Assembly: GCA_023436605.1 (NCBI GenBank)
Contig: JAEZIQ010000105.1
Location: 191 to 64,190 of the forward strand
Source of the DNA: Actinomycetes bacterium
GTDB lineage: Bacteria; Actinomycetota; Thermoleophilia; Solirubrobacterales; 70-9
Length of the DNA stretch: 64,000 nucleotides
Direction: 5' to 3'
The notes beneath the pieces were generated by a model. The model was not told the DNA's origin. It did no database searches and saw only the letters and a list, made by a program, of their open reading frames with translations. The position numbers and the translations under genes are program-made. This document shows positions 26,826 through 34,426 of the stretch, piece after piece (the first letter of the stretch is position 1; each line of letters starts with the position of its first letter).

Positions 26826-27602
26826 ATGGGAACAAGCCGGAAGTTGACCCGTGTCGCTGCTTTCGTTTTCGCACTAGTTCTCACCATCGGCGCATCGACC
26901 CAGCCAGCGGCGGCGTCAACCACCGGATTTGACTCGGCAACTGCCGATCTGGCCTGGAGCAAGGGCAAGATCACAGGCAGCGTGACCTGGGATTCATGCC
27001 CGGTTTCCAGCCCGAGCTCATGCAGGTACTGGAAGCCCTATTTAGTGCTTCAGCCAGCGTCGCCCTCAAGCTCGTGTGTCTGGAAAGACGACTGGACGGT
27101 CAATGGCTCTCCCAGCGACGGGTTCTTGTGGGTTGGCGACACCCAGTATTCGCCGGGCACCAAACTGACCTTTGACCTCCGGGACGCCGATCTGATTTCC
27201 GATGTTCAACGACAGCGAGTGTGCCTGGTCGCATTCATCGGGGTCACGGTCATCAGGAATGTCCCTGACCCCTACTGCGAATACGAGAACAGGGTCCTGG
27301 AGTTCATGGGAATTTCCCCGTATCACGATTGCATCAAGTCGGAAGGCCTCATGGGTGAAGTGATTGGCCAGGCAGATCTCCGTCAGGAAACCGCGGTGCC
27401 TCCAACGTCCGATCGTATGAGCGTCAAGCAGGCGGTTGCGATCGCAAAACGCAAACTTGCCGACAAGTACGGTCGAAGCTGGCGGAACGGCAGGTCCAGG
27501 AGAGTGACCTGCAAGAAAAAGCCGTCCCTATTCGTATGCAGCGCGAGTTGGAAGTTCAAACGGATGCCAAGGATGGGCTCCGTGCGGGTGTACAAGCCCT
27601 AA
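26826..27602 (+). CDS. secreted protein, unknown function
   Basis: ATG 26826 lies 6 nt downstream of TACACT. It has a signal peptide (LTRVAAFVFALVLTIGASTQPAAA) and several Cys. GC is lower than the window average. Confidence 0.55.
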   Translation: MGTSRKLTRVAAFVFALVLTIGASTQPAAASTTGFDSATADLAWSKGKITGSVTWDSCPVSSPSSCRYWKPYLVLQPASPSSSCVWKDDWTVNGSPSDGFLWVGDTQYSPGTKLTFDLRDADLISDVQRQRVCLVAFIGVTVIRNVPDPYCEYENRVLEFMGISPYHDCIKSEGLMGEVIGQADLRQETAVPPTSDRMSVKQAVAIAKRKLADKYGRSWRNGRSRRVTCKKKPSLFVCSASWKFKRMPRMGSVRVYKP

Positions 27603-27702
27603 GCGCGCCTTTTCAGTCGGCGCGGTCAGAACAAACCTCGGGACCGGCCTGGTGTGCCAGACCGATCCCGGGTTCACCTTCAGCCTGGGTCAGGAACGGA
27701 AC

Positions 27703-28260
27703 TTACTTCGCAGGACCGTAATTCTCGATCTCGACCGTCGAACCGGTGATGATCAGGAGCTTGCCCGACCGTGTCGGTTCACCATCGATGAACTTCTGGA
27801 ACTTGAGGGTCGCGACTTGGCCGTTCGACTCAATTCCGATGACCTTTCCGGCACCCAGACTCTCCAGCCCGGCGTCGGCCAGGATGTGTTCCATGATCTT
27901 GCGCATGGCCTGACCGAAGTAATGCGGTTTGAACGACGGTGTTCGACGCCAATTGCGTTCCCCGTTACAGAGCCTGCCTCCGTCCCGTTGGTAGACCGCC
28001 TGATACCGCTCCCAATCACTGCCCTTGGCACACGATCCCTTGCGGAGCAACAGGTCTCCCTGTGAGATCTCCGCGATTTTCGGGGTGACCCTCCCCCGCG
28101 TCCGTTCCGCGTAACCCGCCTTGACGATGAGCGTGCGAACTTCCTTGGCGGTGATCTTTCCGTCCTTCGCAGCGGGCGCGCTGACGGCCGATCCCGACGC
28201 TCCGAACAATGCGACAGCGGTGATGATCGCTGTCGGCAACCACTTCATGATCGACTTCAT
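27703..28260 (-). CDS. secreted protein, unknown function
   Basis: A signal peptide begins at MKSIMKWLPTAIITAVALFGASGSAVSA (ATG 28260). The track start at 28404 would add 48 non-signal residues. Confidence 0.55.
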   Translation of the reverse strand: MKSIMKWLPTAIITAVALFGASGSAVSAPAAKDGKITAKEVRTLIVKAGYAERTRGRVTPKIAEISQGDLLLRKGSCAKGSDWERYQAVYQRDGGRLCNGERNWRRTPSFKPHYFGQAMRKIMEHILADAGLESLGAGKVIGIESNGQVATLKFQKFIDGEPTRSGKLLIITGSTVEIENYGPAK

Positions 28261-28400
28261 GCATCTCTCTTTCTTTGTGCCTGCGGGGTTAGCTGACGGG
28301 CTCGCGCGGAAAGAGGCCGCGCTACGCGGATGCGATTCGCCCCAAGGACTTGCTCCCAGTTGGTTCCCCCGTCCCGGAATCGATCCGGGTTCGGCTTTGC

Positions 28401-28429
28401 TCATCTAATACTAGTCATCTCCTAATACT
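28401..28429. repeat. imperfect AT-rich direct repeat in divergent intergenic region
   Basis: TCATCTAATACT (28401-28412) and TCATCTCCTAATACT (28415-28429) are followed by CCTACTTTTCCCATTTTT. Locally this is the lowest-GC spot (about 47% on the line counted). Confidence 0.5.
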
Positions 28430-28503
28430 CCTACTTTTCCCATTTTTCGGAACTGCTCGAGAGTCATCCCATGTGCCCGAGCCAATTCTTGGATTGATCG
28501 CTC

Positions 28504-29454
28504 GTGGCGATTCCCTCGATTACAGTTCGACGGGTGCAGTTGCAAGGGAAAATCGCCGGGCGGTCGAGCGAGTTCCTGCTGTTTGCGGTGACGCCGCCTC
28601 GCCTGTCGACCACTCCCCGGGAAGCCGCGGAGATCGGCCGGGTCACACTCGAACGGCTCCGCACACTGGCGATTGACGGTCTAGTTCTCTACGACATCGA
28701 CGACGAGAGCGACCGCAACCCCGACGAGCGTCCGTTTCCGTTCCTGCCGACCATGGACCCGGCGGACTATCTCGCAAACGATCTGGCCGAACTCGAAGTT
28801 CCCGCCATCGTTTACCGCGCCGTCGGCAAATACCCTGAGCACGAGTTTCGTTCCTGGGTGGAGAACCAGGATCCGGACCGGACCCTCAGCGTCTTCGTTG
28901 GTCCCTCCTCCCGCGAGAAATCGGTACTTACCTCGGTCGCTCGCGCCTACGAGCTGCGTGACCAACTGAATCCTCAACTGCCGCTCGGGGGAGTCGCGAT
29001 CCCCGAGCGACACACGCGCCGCGGTGACGAGCATCTGCGTCTGATCGGGAAGCAGCGGGCTGGCTGCTCGTTTTTCATCACCCAGATCGTTTACGACGTA
29101 AATGCGGCGAAGGACCTGATCTCCGACTACCACCATGAGTGCGCTGCGCAGAACCTCCCCCCTGCCCCGATGGTGTTCAGCTTTTCGGTTTGCGGATCGC
29201 TCAAGACCCTCGAGTTCCTCCGTTGGCTCGGGGTCGCGGTCCCGCGCTGGATCGAAAACGAGCTGCGTCATGCCGATGACACCCTCGAGGCCTCCTATGA
29301 ACAGGCCGTGGCGACGGCCGTCGACCTGATCGCGTTCTGCCGACGGTTGGGTGCCCCGTTCGGGATCAGCGTCGAGAGTGTTTCGATCCGCAAGGTCGAG
29401 ATCGAAGCTTCGGTGCGGCTGGCCTCCCGACTCGGGGCCGAACTCCACTGCTGA
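28504..29454 (+). CDS. methylenetetrahydrofolate reductase (MetF) family protein
   Basis: By-eye blocks match E. coli MetF: FAVTPPR (FEFFPPR) and KQRAGCSFFITQIVYDV (KVDAGANRAITQFFFDV). The TIM-barrel length is about 300 aa. The exact start is uncertain (GTG 28504). Confidence 0.6.
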   Translation: MAIPSITVRRVQLQGKIAGRSSEFLLFAVTPPRLSTTPREAAEIGRVTLERLRTLAIDGLVLYDIDDESDRNPDERPFPFLPTMDPADYLANDLAELEVPAIVYRAVGKYPEHEFRSWVENQDPDRTLSVFVGPSSREKSVLTSVARAYELRDQLNPQLPLGGVAIPERHTRRGDEHLRLIGKQRAGCSFFITQIVYDVNAAKDLISDYHHECAAQNLPPAPMVFSFSVCGSLKTLEFLRWLGVAVPRWIENELRHADDTLEASYEQAVATAVDLIAFCRRLGAPFGISVESVSIRKVEIEASVRLASRLGAELHC

Positions 29455-29578
29455 GGTTCAGATCAGGGGTTTTCCGCAGGTCTTGAGTGCCCAGAGCTTC
29501 TACTGTGGAAGCAGGCATTCACAGTCGGTATCCGATCTCGAATCGCTGGCGGTCGACTCAAGCGGAAGGCTCCCGATC

Positions 29579-30142
29579 ATGTCCCAATCCCGTCCGAAGG
29601 TCCTGATCCTGTACGCGTCGACGCACGGTCAGACCGAGAAGATCGCGTCGCAACTGGGCGTCACGATGGCTCTCTGCGACCTCCAGGTAATGACGCGAAA
29701 CCTCCGCGACTCTGACCATGAAGATCCGAAGCGATACGACGCCGTGGTCCTCACGGAATGCGTTCACGCCGGACACCACCAGCGGGAGATCGTCAATTGG
29801 CTTCGCCGGAACATCGAAAGCGTGAAGTCGAGGCCAAACGCATTCGTTTCCGTCTCGCTTTCGAGTGCCGAGGACGACGAAGAGGTCCGTGCCGAACCGA
29901 TCGAGCACATCGATGATTTCACTCGCGATACACGCTGGAGCCCGGACCACACCGCCCCAGTCGCAGCGGCGCTGCTCCACCGCGAGCCCAAACCCTTCCG
30001 TCGCATCCTCACGAAACTCCACGTGAAGAAGGACGGCCAGCCGGCAAATACTCGTGAGGATTACGAGTACACCGACTGGGAGGCACTGACCAGATTCGGC
30101 CAGGAGATCGCGGCCGATTTCAAGGAACGGATCAGCGCCTGA
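29579..30142 (+). CDS. long-chain flavodoxin, HemG-like
   Basis: It is collinear by eye with E. coli HemG: KVLILYASTHGQTEKIA, YDAVVLTECVHAGHH, RPNAFVSVSL, WSPDHTAPVAAAL and YEYTDWEALTRFGQEIA. Confidence 0.7.
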   Translation: MSQSRPKVLILYASTHGQTEKIASQLGVTMALCDLQVMTRNLRDSDHEDPKRYDAVVLTECVHAGHHQREIVNWLRRNIESVKSRPNAFVSVSLSSAEDDEEVRAEPIEHIDDFTRDTRWSPDHTAPVAAALLHREPKPFRRILTKLHVKKDGQPANTREDYEYTDWEALTRFGQEIAADFKERISA

Positions 30143-30165
30143 GTCACGCCGAAGGAAGGCCCCCG

Positions 30166-30627
30166 TCAGCGCGGCTCGAGGATTACCAGCGGGATCTTCC
30201 TCTCGGTCCTGTCCTGGTACTGCTGGTAAGAGGGATAGACCGCGACGGCCTTGGGCCAGAGTCGTTCATGTTCGGCCCCAGTGGCTACGCGAGCGTGGAC
30301 CGGACGGGTCTCGCTCCCGATCTGGACAGTTGTGTCCGGGTTTGCCCTGAGGTTGTAGAACCAGGCTGGACTTTTCTCGTAGCCACCTTTCGAGGCCACG
30401 ATTACGACGTTGTCGCCGTCTTCGATGTAGAGCAGCGGACTGGTGCGCTTCTTCCCGCTTTTGGCGCCGACGTGATCGATCAGGCACATCGGTGGAAGAC
30501 CGGGCACGTGGTGCCCGATTCGTCCGTCGGTCAGGCGGTAGATGCGGGCGTGACCGCCCATCAGTCTGCTGAGGACGGGCCAGGTCCTGTCGGCGATCCG
30601 CAACTGAAGGTCGGTGGCTCTCCCCAT
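30166..30627 (-). CDS. deazaflavin (F420)-dependent nitroreductase family protein (Ddn-like)
   Basis: It has GAKSGKKRTSPLLY, VIVASKGGYEKSPAWFYNLRANP and ERLWPKAVAVYPSYQQYQDRT, which are typical of the family. Confidence 0.85.
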   Translation of the reverse strand: MGRATDLQLRIADRTWPVLSRLMGGHARIYRLTDGRIGHHVPGLPPMCLIDHVGAKSGKKRTSPLLYIEDGDNVVIVASKGGYEKSPAWFYNLRANPDTTVQIGSETRPVHARVATGAEHERLWPKAVAVYPSYQQYQDRTERKIPLVILEPR

Positions 30628-30633
30628 CTGGCC

Positions 30634-30639
30634 AGATTA
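30634..30639 (-). promoter_or_regulatory. -10-like box TAATCT, 6 nt before ATG 30627
   Basis: It matches TANNNT on the minus strand and there is no SD. Confidence 0.4.
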
Positions 30640-30731
30640 CACGGCGTCAAGGACTTGGCTGAACGGGAGGAATTGAGAATTTTCCGGGGTACCTGTAACG
30701 CTGTGGCCGTTCAAACCATTCACTAGTAGCA

Positions 30732-31274
30732 GTGGCGAAGAAAGACAAAGCGCAAACGGATTTCGAGGTCGTCGATCGGCTCAGGCCGATGATTTCTGCC
30801 TATTGCAAGCGGCGTGGCAGCCGGGATCCGGACGGGATCTCCGCCGAAGTCATCGCGCTGGCGTGGGCCAAGCGGGCTGAACTGGACCTCAACCACTGCC
30901 GGCCCTGGTTGATCACCACGGCTCGCAACCTGCTCTTTGATGAGTATCGGGCCCGCCGCCGGACCTTTCCCGTAGATCACGCCACGCTGGTCGAGGTGGA
31001 TCGCCGGCAGGAGCCAGACTTCGAAATCGAATCTCTCGACCCGGAATTGAGCCGAGCGCTCGAAGAGCTTTCACCCCGCGACCGGGAAGCGGTACTCCTT
31101 GTCGCCTGGGAAGAACTGTCCCCAACAGAAGCGGCGCGCTCGATGGGAATCACCCCCCCGACCTTCAGGGTCCGGCTCCATCGTGCCCGCCGTCGCCTGA
31201 AGCTTTCATTGGAAGAAAGCGCCCACAACTCGAAGGAAGCGAGGAACAAACCGATGAAGGACGCAGCGATATGA
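30732..31274 (+). CDS. ECF-type RNA polymerase sigma factor
   Basis: It has a region 2 (WLITTARNLLFDEYRARRR) and a region 4 HTH (LSPRDREAVLLVAWEELSPTEAARSMGITPPTFRVRLHRARRRL). Confidence 0.8.
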   Translation: MAKKDKAQTDFEVVDRLRPMISAYCKRRGSRDPDGISAEVIALAWAKRAELDLNHCRPWLITTARNLLFDEYRARRRTFPVDHATLVEVDRRQEPDFEIESLDPELSRALEELSPRDREAVLLVAWEELSPTEAARSMGITPPTFRVRLHRARRRLKLSLEESAHNSKEARNKPMKDAAI

Positions 31275-32041
31275 ACAACGCCGAACTTGACGCGAGGCTC
31301 CGAGCTGCGAACCCGGTTCCGGTCGCCCCGATCCCGGGGCTCGACGGTCGCTCCCTGCTCATGGGAATCGCTCAGATCGCTGCCGCGATCCTCGTCGCCC
31401 TCTCGGTTGGCGTCGGGGTCGCCTGGGCCGCCAGCGGCTCGAACCCCCTCGCCCCGATCTTCGCCGACACTCTGAAGGTCGGTGAATCCAAAACCGGGTT
31501 CGAGAACTTCGAAGCTCTCAGTCCAATGACTGAGGAATCGCTGGAGACCTTGCCGCGAAATGTCGTCGACCTAGCTCTGTTTCAGGCAAGCCACGAAACC
31601 TTGGTCAAAGATCGCCAGTCACGGGCACCTTCCACTCTGGAAGATCTAAAACCCGATCCCACATTGATCTCTGCGTTCGCCCGCGCCAAGACGAACCTTG
31701 GCACTCCTTCGATACTGCTAGTCATCGACGATGAGGTTTGTGCCTTCGTCCTGAGGAAAGACCAAAGTTCTAACAGTTGCTACACGGTCGAGGATGTCGA
31801 GTCCGGGAACCACCTCACTTGGCACACCGAGCCAATGAATACGCAGCATAAGTATCTGACCGGTGTCTTTAACGATCGGGTTGAGACTATCGACGTTCTG
31901 GGCGATGGACGAGCCCCGATACTCATCCCCGATAATGTCTTTGAACTTCGAGACGTCGACCAAAAGTCAACGACGCTCGTGGGACGGGACGCTGACGGCT
32001 CTGAACTATTTCGCCAAACTGTTGCCATAGAGCATCCGTGA
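31271..32041 (+). CDS. membrane-anchored protein, putative anti-sigma factor
   Basis: The start overlaps the sigma gene stop (ATGA). It has a short cytoplasmic N-terminus, a single TM (IAQIAAAILVALSVGVGVAWAA) and an extracytoplasmic domain of about 200 aa. Confidence 0.55.
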   Translation: MNNAELDARLRAANPVPVAPIPGLDGRSLLMGIAQIAAAILVALSVGVGVAWAASGSNPLAPIFADTLKVGESKTGFENFEALSPMTEESLETLPRNVVDLALFQASHETLVKDRQSRAPSTLEDLKPDPTLISAFARAKTNLGTPSILLVIDDEVCAFVLRKDQSSNSCYTVEDVESGNHLTWHTEPMNTQHKYLTGVFNDRVETIDVLGDGRAPILIPDNVFELRDVDQKSTTLVGRDADGSELFRQTVAIEHP

Positions 32042-32201
32042 CTCGCCGACATGTATTACCGGGGCCTCGCTAGGGGCTTCGCGACGACAAAAAGCCACAT
32101 TTCGCCGCCTTAAACGGCGGTCACTCGGTGCTGCTCAATTTTGACGGAATCGAAAACCCTCCGCTGCACCATGTGACATGGTTTCATGCTACCGTCGGTC
32201 T

Positions 32202-32230
32202 TTGCCGCCCAGTCCAATCAGCGGCAATAT
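32202..32230 (+). promoter_or_regulatory. sigma-70-like promoter TTGCCG-17 nt-CAATAT upstream of 32270
   Basis: The hexamers and the 17-nt spacer were read directly. It lies about 40 nt upstream of the SD and ATG. Confidence 0.3.
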
Positions 32231-32269
32231 CTTGGGGATACACCTCGGAAACGGAGGAAATAAGGACCG

Positions 32270-32713
32270 ATGAAGATATACAAGAGGGGGACTCTTGCTT
32301 ACTCCCGGCCATTGGTCGGGATGCTGCTGTTACTGGCAATGCTTGCATCTCTGTTTCTGCTGAATAGGCCGGAACAGGCCCGAGCGCATAACGATACCTG
32401 CGTGGGAATCAACAACTCATGGCTGTGCGAATGGTATGACACCTCACTGCCGACAACCACCCGACACTGGTTCAGTGCCAACATCACCAAACGAAATTGG
32501 CAGACTGGACAAGTTGCAGATCCTTATGTGAACACAATGCAGAAGAAGTGCGTCGCAATTAAGGACACTGACGGCGTCATATACCAGGTGGCCTGCGGTG
32601 GTGGCAGCCCCTTGAGTACCATTCCGGCGGCTTGGAGACCAGGCTGGATGTTCAACTATCACTGGGCAGACGGGAATCGTCACATCAGTTCCTACGGCAC
32701 TCATCCAAAGTAG
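32270..32713 (+). CDS. secreted 4-Cys protein, unknown function
   Basis: A GGAGGAAATAAGGA SD lies upstream and there is a signal/TM (LVGMLLLLAMLASLFLL). Hand-counted lines give about 47-57% GC, well below the window norm. Confidence 0.55.
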   Translation: MKIYKRGTLAYSRPLVGMLLLLAMLASLFLLNRPEQARAHNDTCVGINNSWLCEWYDTSLPTTTRHWFSANITKRNWQTGQVADPYVNTMQKKCVAIKDTDGVIYQVACGGGSPLSTIPAAWRPGWMFNYHWADGNRHISSYGTHPK

Positions 32714-32728
32714 GGAGAGTAATTGATA

Positions 32729-33364
32729 ATGCGCATTTCAACACAGAACAAATACCTTCTAATCGGCATCTGCTCACTCGTGGCCGCATTCGGAGCCTTT
32801 ATGTTGAGCCGGGGTAGCGACCGGGCGACCGCCGAGACCGTAACCCAGGAGTTCCCTCTGGCAGTACTTGAGCCGGCAAACGAAGCAACCGTCGAGCAGG
32901 AGCCGCCAGCGGTGCAAAGTCGACTTGACTTCGTTGTCTCTTCAGTTGCTGAAAGCACCGGGGATGAGTCGGCGGAGGTCGAAGCGCTTGGTGAGGCGCA
33001 GATCCCGGGCAATGGAACCGTTTCGGTCGCCGCAGTCAGCGAAGAGATCTGCGCCTTTGAGGTCGTCGGGGCCGGGAACTGCGCCGAAGAGGAAGAGATC
33101 GTGGACGGCGACATCTTCACCGCCACACCGATCAACTGTTCCACCTACGAGGTGCTCGGGATCGTCGGGGACGAAGTCAGCAGCATCCTGGTCAATCCCC
33201 GGAAGGGACCCACCTACACGGTTGAGGTTCACGACAACATCTACCTGAGCCAGTTCGCGGCCGAGCGGACGCACATCACTGGTGTGGACGCCTCGGGCAA
33301 CACCGTGTTCGAGAGCTGGTTGCCGCTCGACGAGTACCGGGCCCACAACCCAGCCTGCTCCTAG
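32729..33364 (+). CDS. secreted protein, C-terminal domain paralogous to that of 31271..32041
   Basis: A GGGAGAG SD precedes ATG 32729 and there is a signal/TM (LLIGICSLVAAFGAFML). An acidic linker follows, then a C-terminal domain that aligns by eye with the putative anti-sigma protein. Confidence 0.55.
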   Translation: MRISTQNKYLLIGICSLVAAFGAFMLSRGSDRATAETVTQEFPLAVLEPANEATVEQEPPAVQSRLDFVVSSVAESTGDESAEVEALGEAQIPGNGTVSVAAVSEEICAFEVVGAGNCAEEEEIVDGDIFTATPINCSTYEVLGIVGDEVSSILVNPRKGPTYTVEVHDNIYLSQFAAERTHITGVDASGNTVFESWLPLDEYRAHNPACS

Positions 33365-33378
33365 TCCCTTTACTTGAC

Positions 33379-33413
33379 GGGGAGGTGCTCCGGCGTGTCC
33401 GGGGCGCCTCCCC
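33379..33413 (+). terminator. GC-rich hairpin after 32729..33364
   Basis: GGGGAGGTGC and GCGCCTCCCC form a 10-bp stem with one G-U pair. The 15-nt loop can itself pair (CCGG..CCGG). Confidence 0.6.
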
Positions 33414-33570
33414 GCCTTGTCCGCTGAAGAGCGGTCCACCAGTCTGCGCAGAACTCGATATCGATCCGTTTTGGCACCGGCACGGACTGAGTGACGGTCC
33501 GAGGGCGGTTGGTTCGCTTCGGAACCGGGTACTGCCTTTCGCATAAGGCACCCGAACCGAGGAGGAGCGC

Positions 33571-33846
33571 ATGTCCACCGTGCTGATCGTTTTGATCGTG
33601 GTTGTTGTGATCGTGGCCGTGGTCGTTCTGGCCATGCAGATGAAGCGTCGCCGGGAACGGGAAAAGCTCGCCCGGGCCCAGACCGAAGCCAAAAGCCAGG
33701 ACGCCGAGTTCCATCACGCCAAGGCCGAAGAAAGCCGAACCGAGGCGGCGGTTGCCGAGGAACGCGCCAAACGGGTCGCGGCTGAAGCCGAGCTACACGA
33801 AAAGAAAGCGACGGAGCGCGAAGAAGAAATCGGAAGGAATAACTGA
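33571..33846 (+). CDS. small N-terminally anchored charged coiled-coil protein
   Basis: A GAGGAGGAG SD lies upstream. The TM is VLIVLIVVVVIVAVVVLA, followed by a highly charged K/E/A/R tail. Confidence 0.55.
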   Translation: MSTVLIVLIVVVVIVAVVVLAMQMKRRREREKLARAQTEAKSQDAEFHHAKAEESRTEAAVAEERAKRVAAEAELHEKKATEREEEIGRNN

Positions 33847-34088
33847 TGCTGATCGGAGCGATCATTGCGCTCTGCATCCTCCTGGCCATTCTCGGATTTC
33901 TGTTGCCCAAGTACTCAGAGCACGCTCGGCGGGGCGCCGACAAGACACTCGGCGTCGGCCAAAGAGCCGGTGGCAAGGCACCTGGCCCGATCGGAAGGCT
34001 GCTCAGCAAGTCGGTCGGGACTTCCCGCAAGGCCGCAAACAAGAGCCATCAGGAAGGCAAGAAGGCCCGCGGCAAAACCCCTGTCTGA
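33846..34088 (+). CDS. small N-terminally anchored basic protein
   Basis: The ATG overlaps the upstream stop by 1 nt (TGATG). The TM is LIGAIIALCILLAILGFLL, followed by a Lys/Arg/Gly-rich tail. Confidence 0.5.
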   Translation: MLIGAIIALCILLAILGFLLPKYSEHARRGADKTLGVGQRAGGKAPGPIGRLLSKSVGTSRKAANKSHQEGKKARGKTPV

Positions 34089-34414
34089 CACTTCGATCTC
34101 GTCGAGGCCCGCCGCTCCAGCGGGTCGAAGTCGATCGCGATCAAGGGACGAATTCTGGTCGTGAAGTTCAAGGCAGAGCTGCGGTCCTGAGAAGATGAAG
34201 CCCTCTGCCCGGAGCTGGATCCGACGATTCGTTTCCGAATCTCGCTACCGGTAACCAGACGGAAGACCGCCCTGCTCGCCTTAGGGCGCGGAGCACTCCG
34301 AGTGTCTGGAGCGATGACCTTCGCACCCGCGCACGGGATGGAAAACTGGTGGGCACCGAACTCGCGGCGGTTCTCGGTTCAGGTCACCGGGTAGTGGCGG
34401 TTCCTCCCCCGAAC

Positions 34415-34420
34415 TAGAAT
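34415..34420 (+). promoter_or_regulatory. -10-like box TAGAAT, 6 nt before ATG 34427
   Basis: It matches TANNNT and there is no SD. Confidence 0.45.
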
Positions 34421-34426
34421 CTCCCG

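Noticed and set aside
32942-34042. 366-aa minus-strand ORF
   Set aside because: It crosses three plus-strand genes and a strong terminator hairpin. The product is Arg/Pro-rich. The plus-strand genes have SDs and signal/TM segments.
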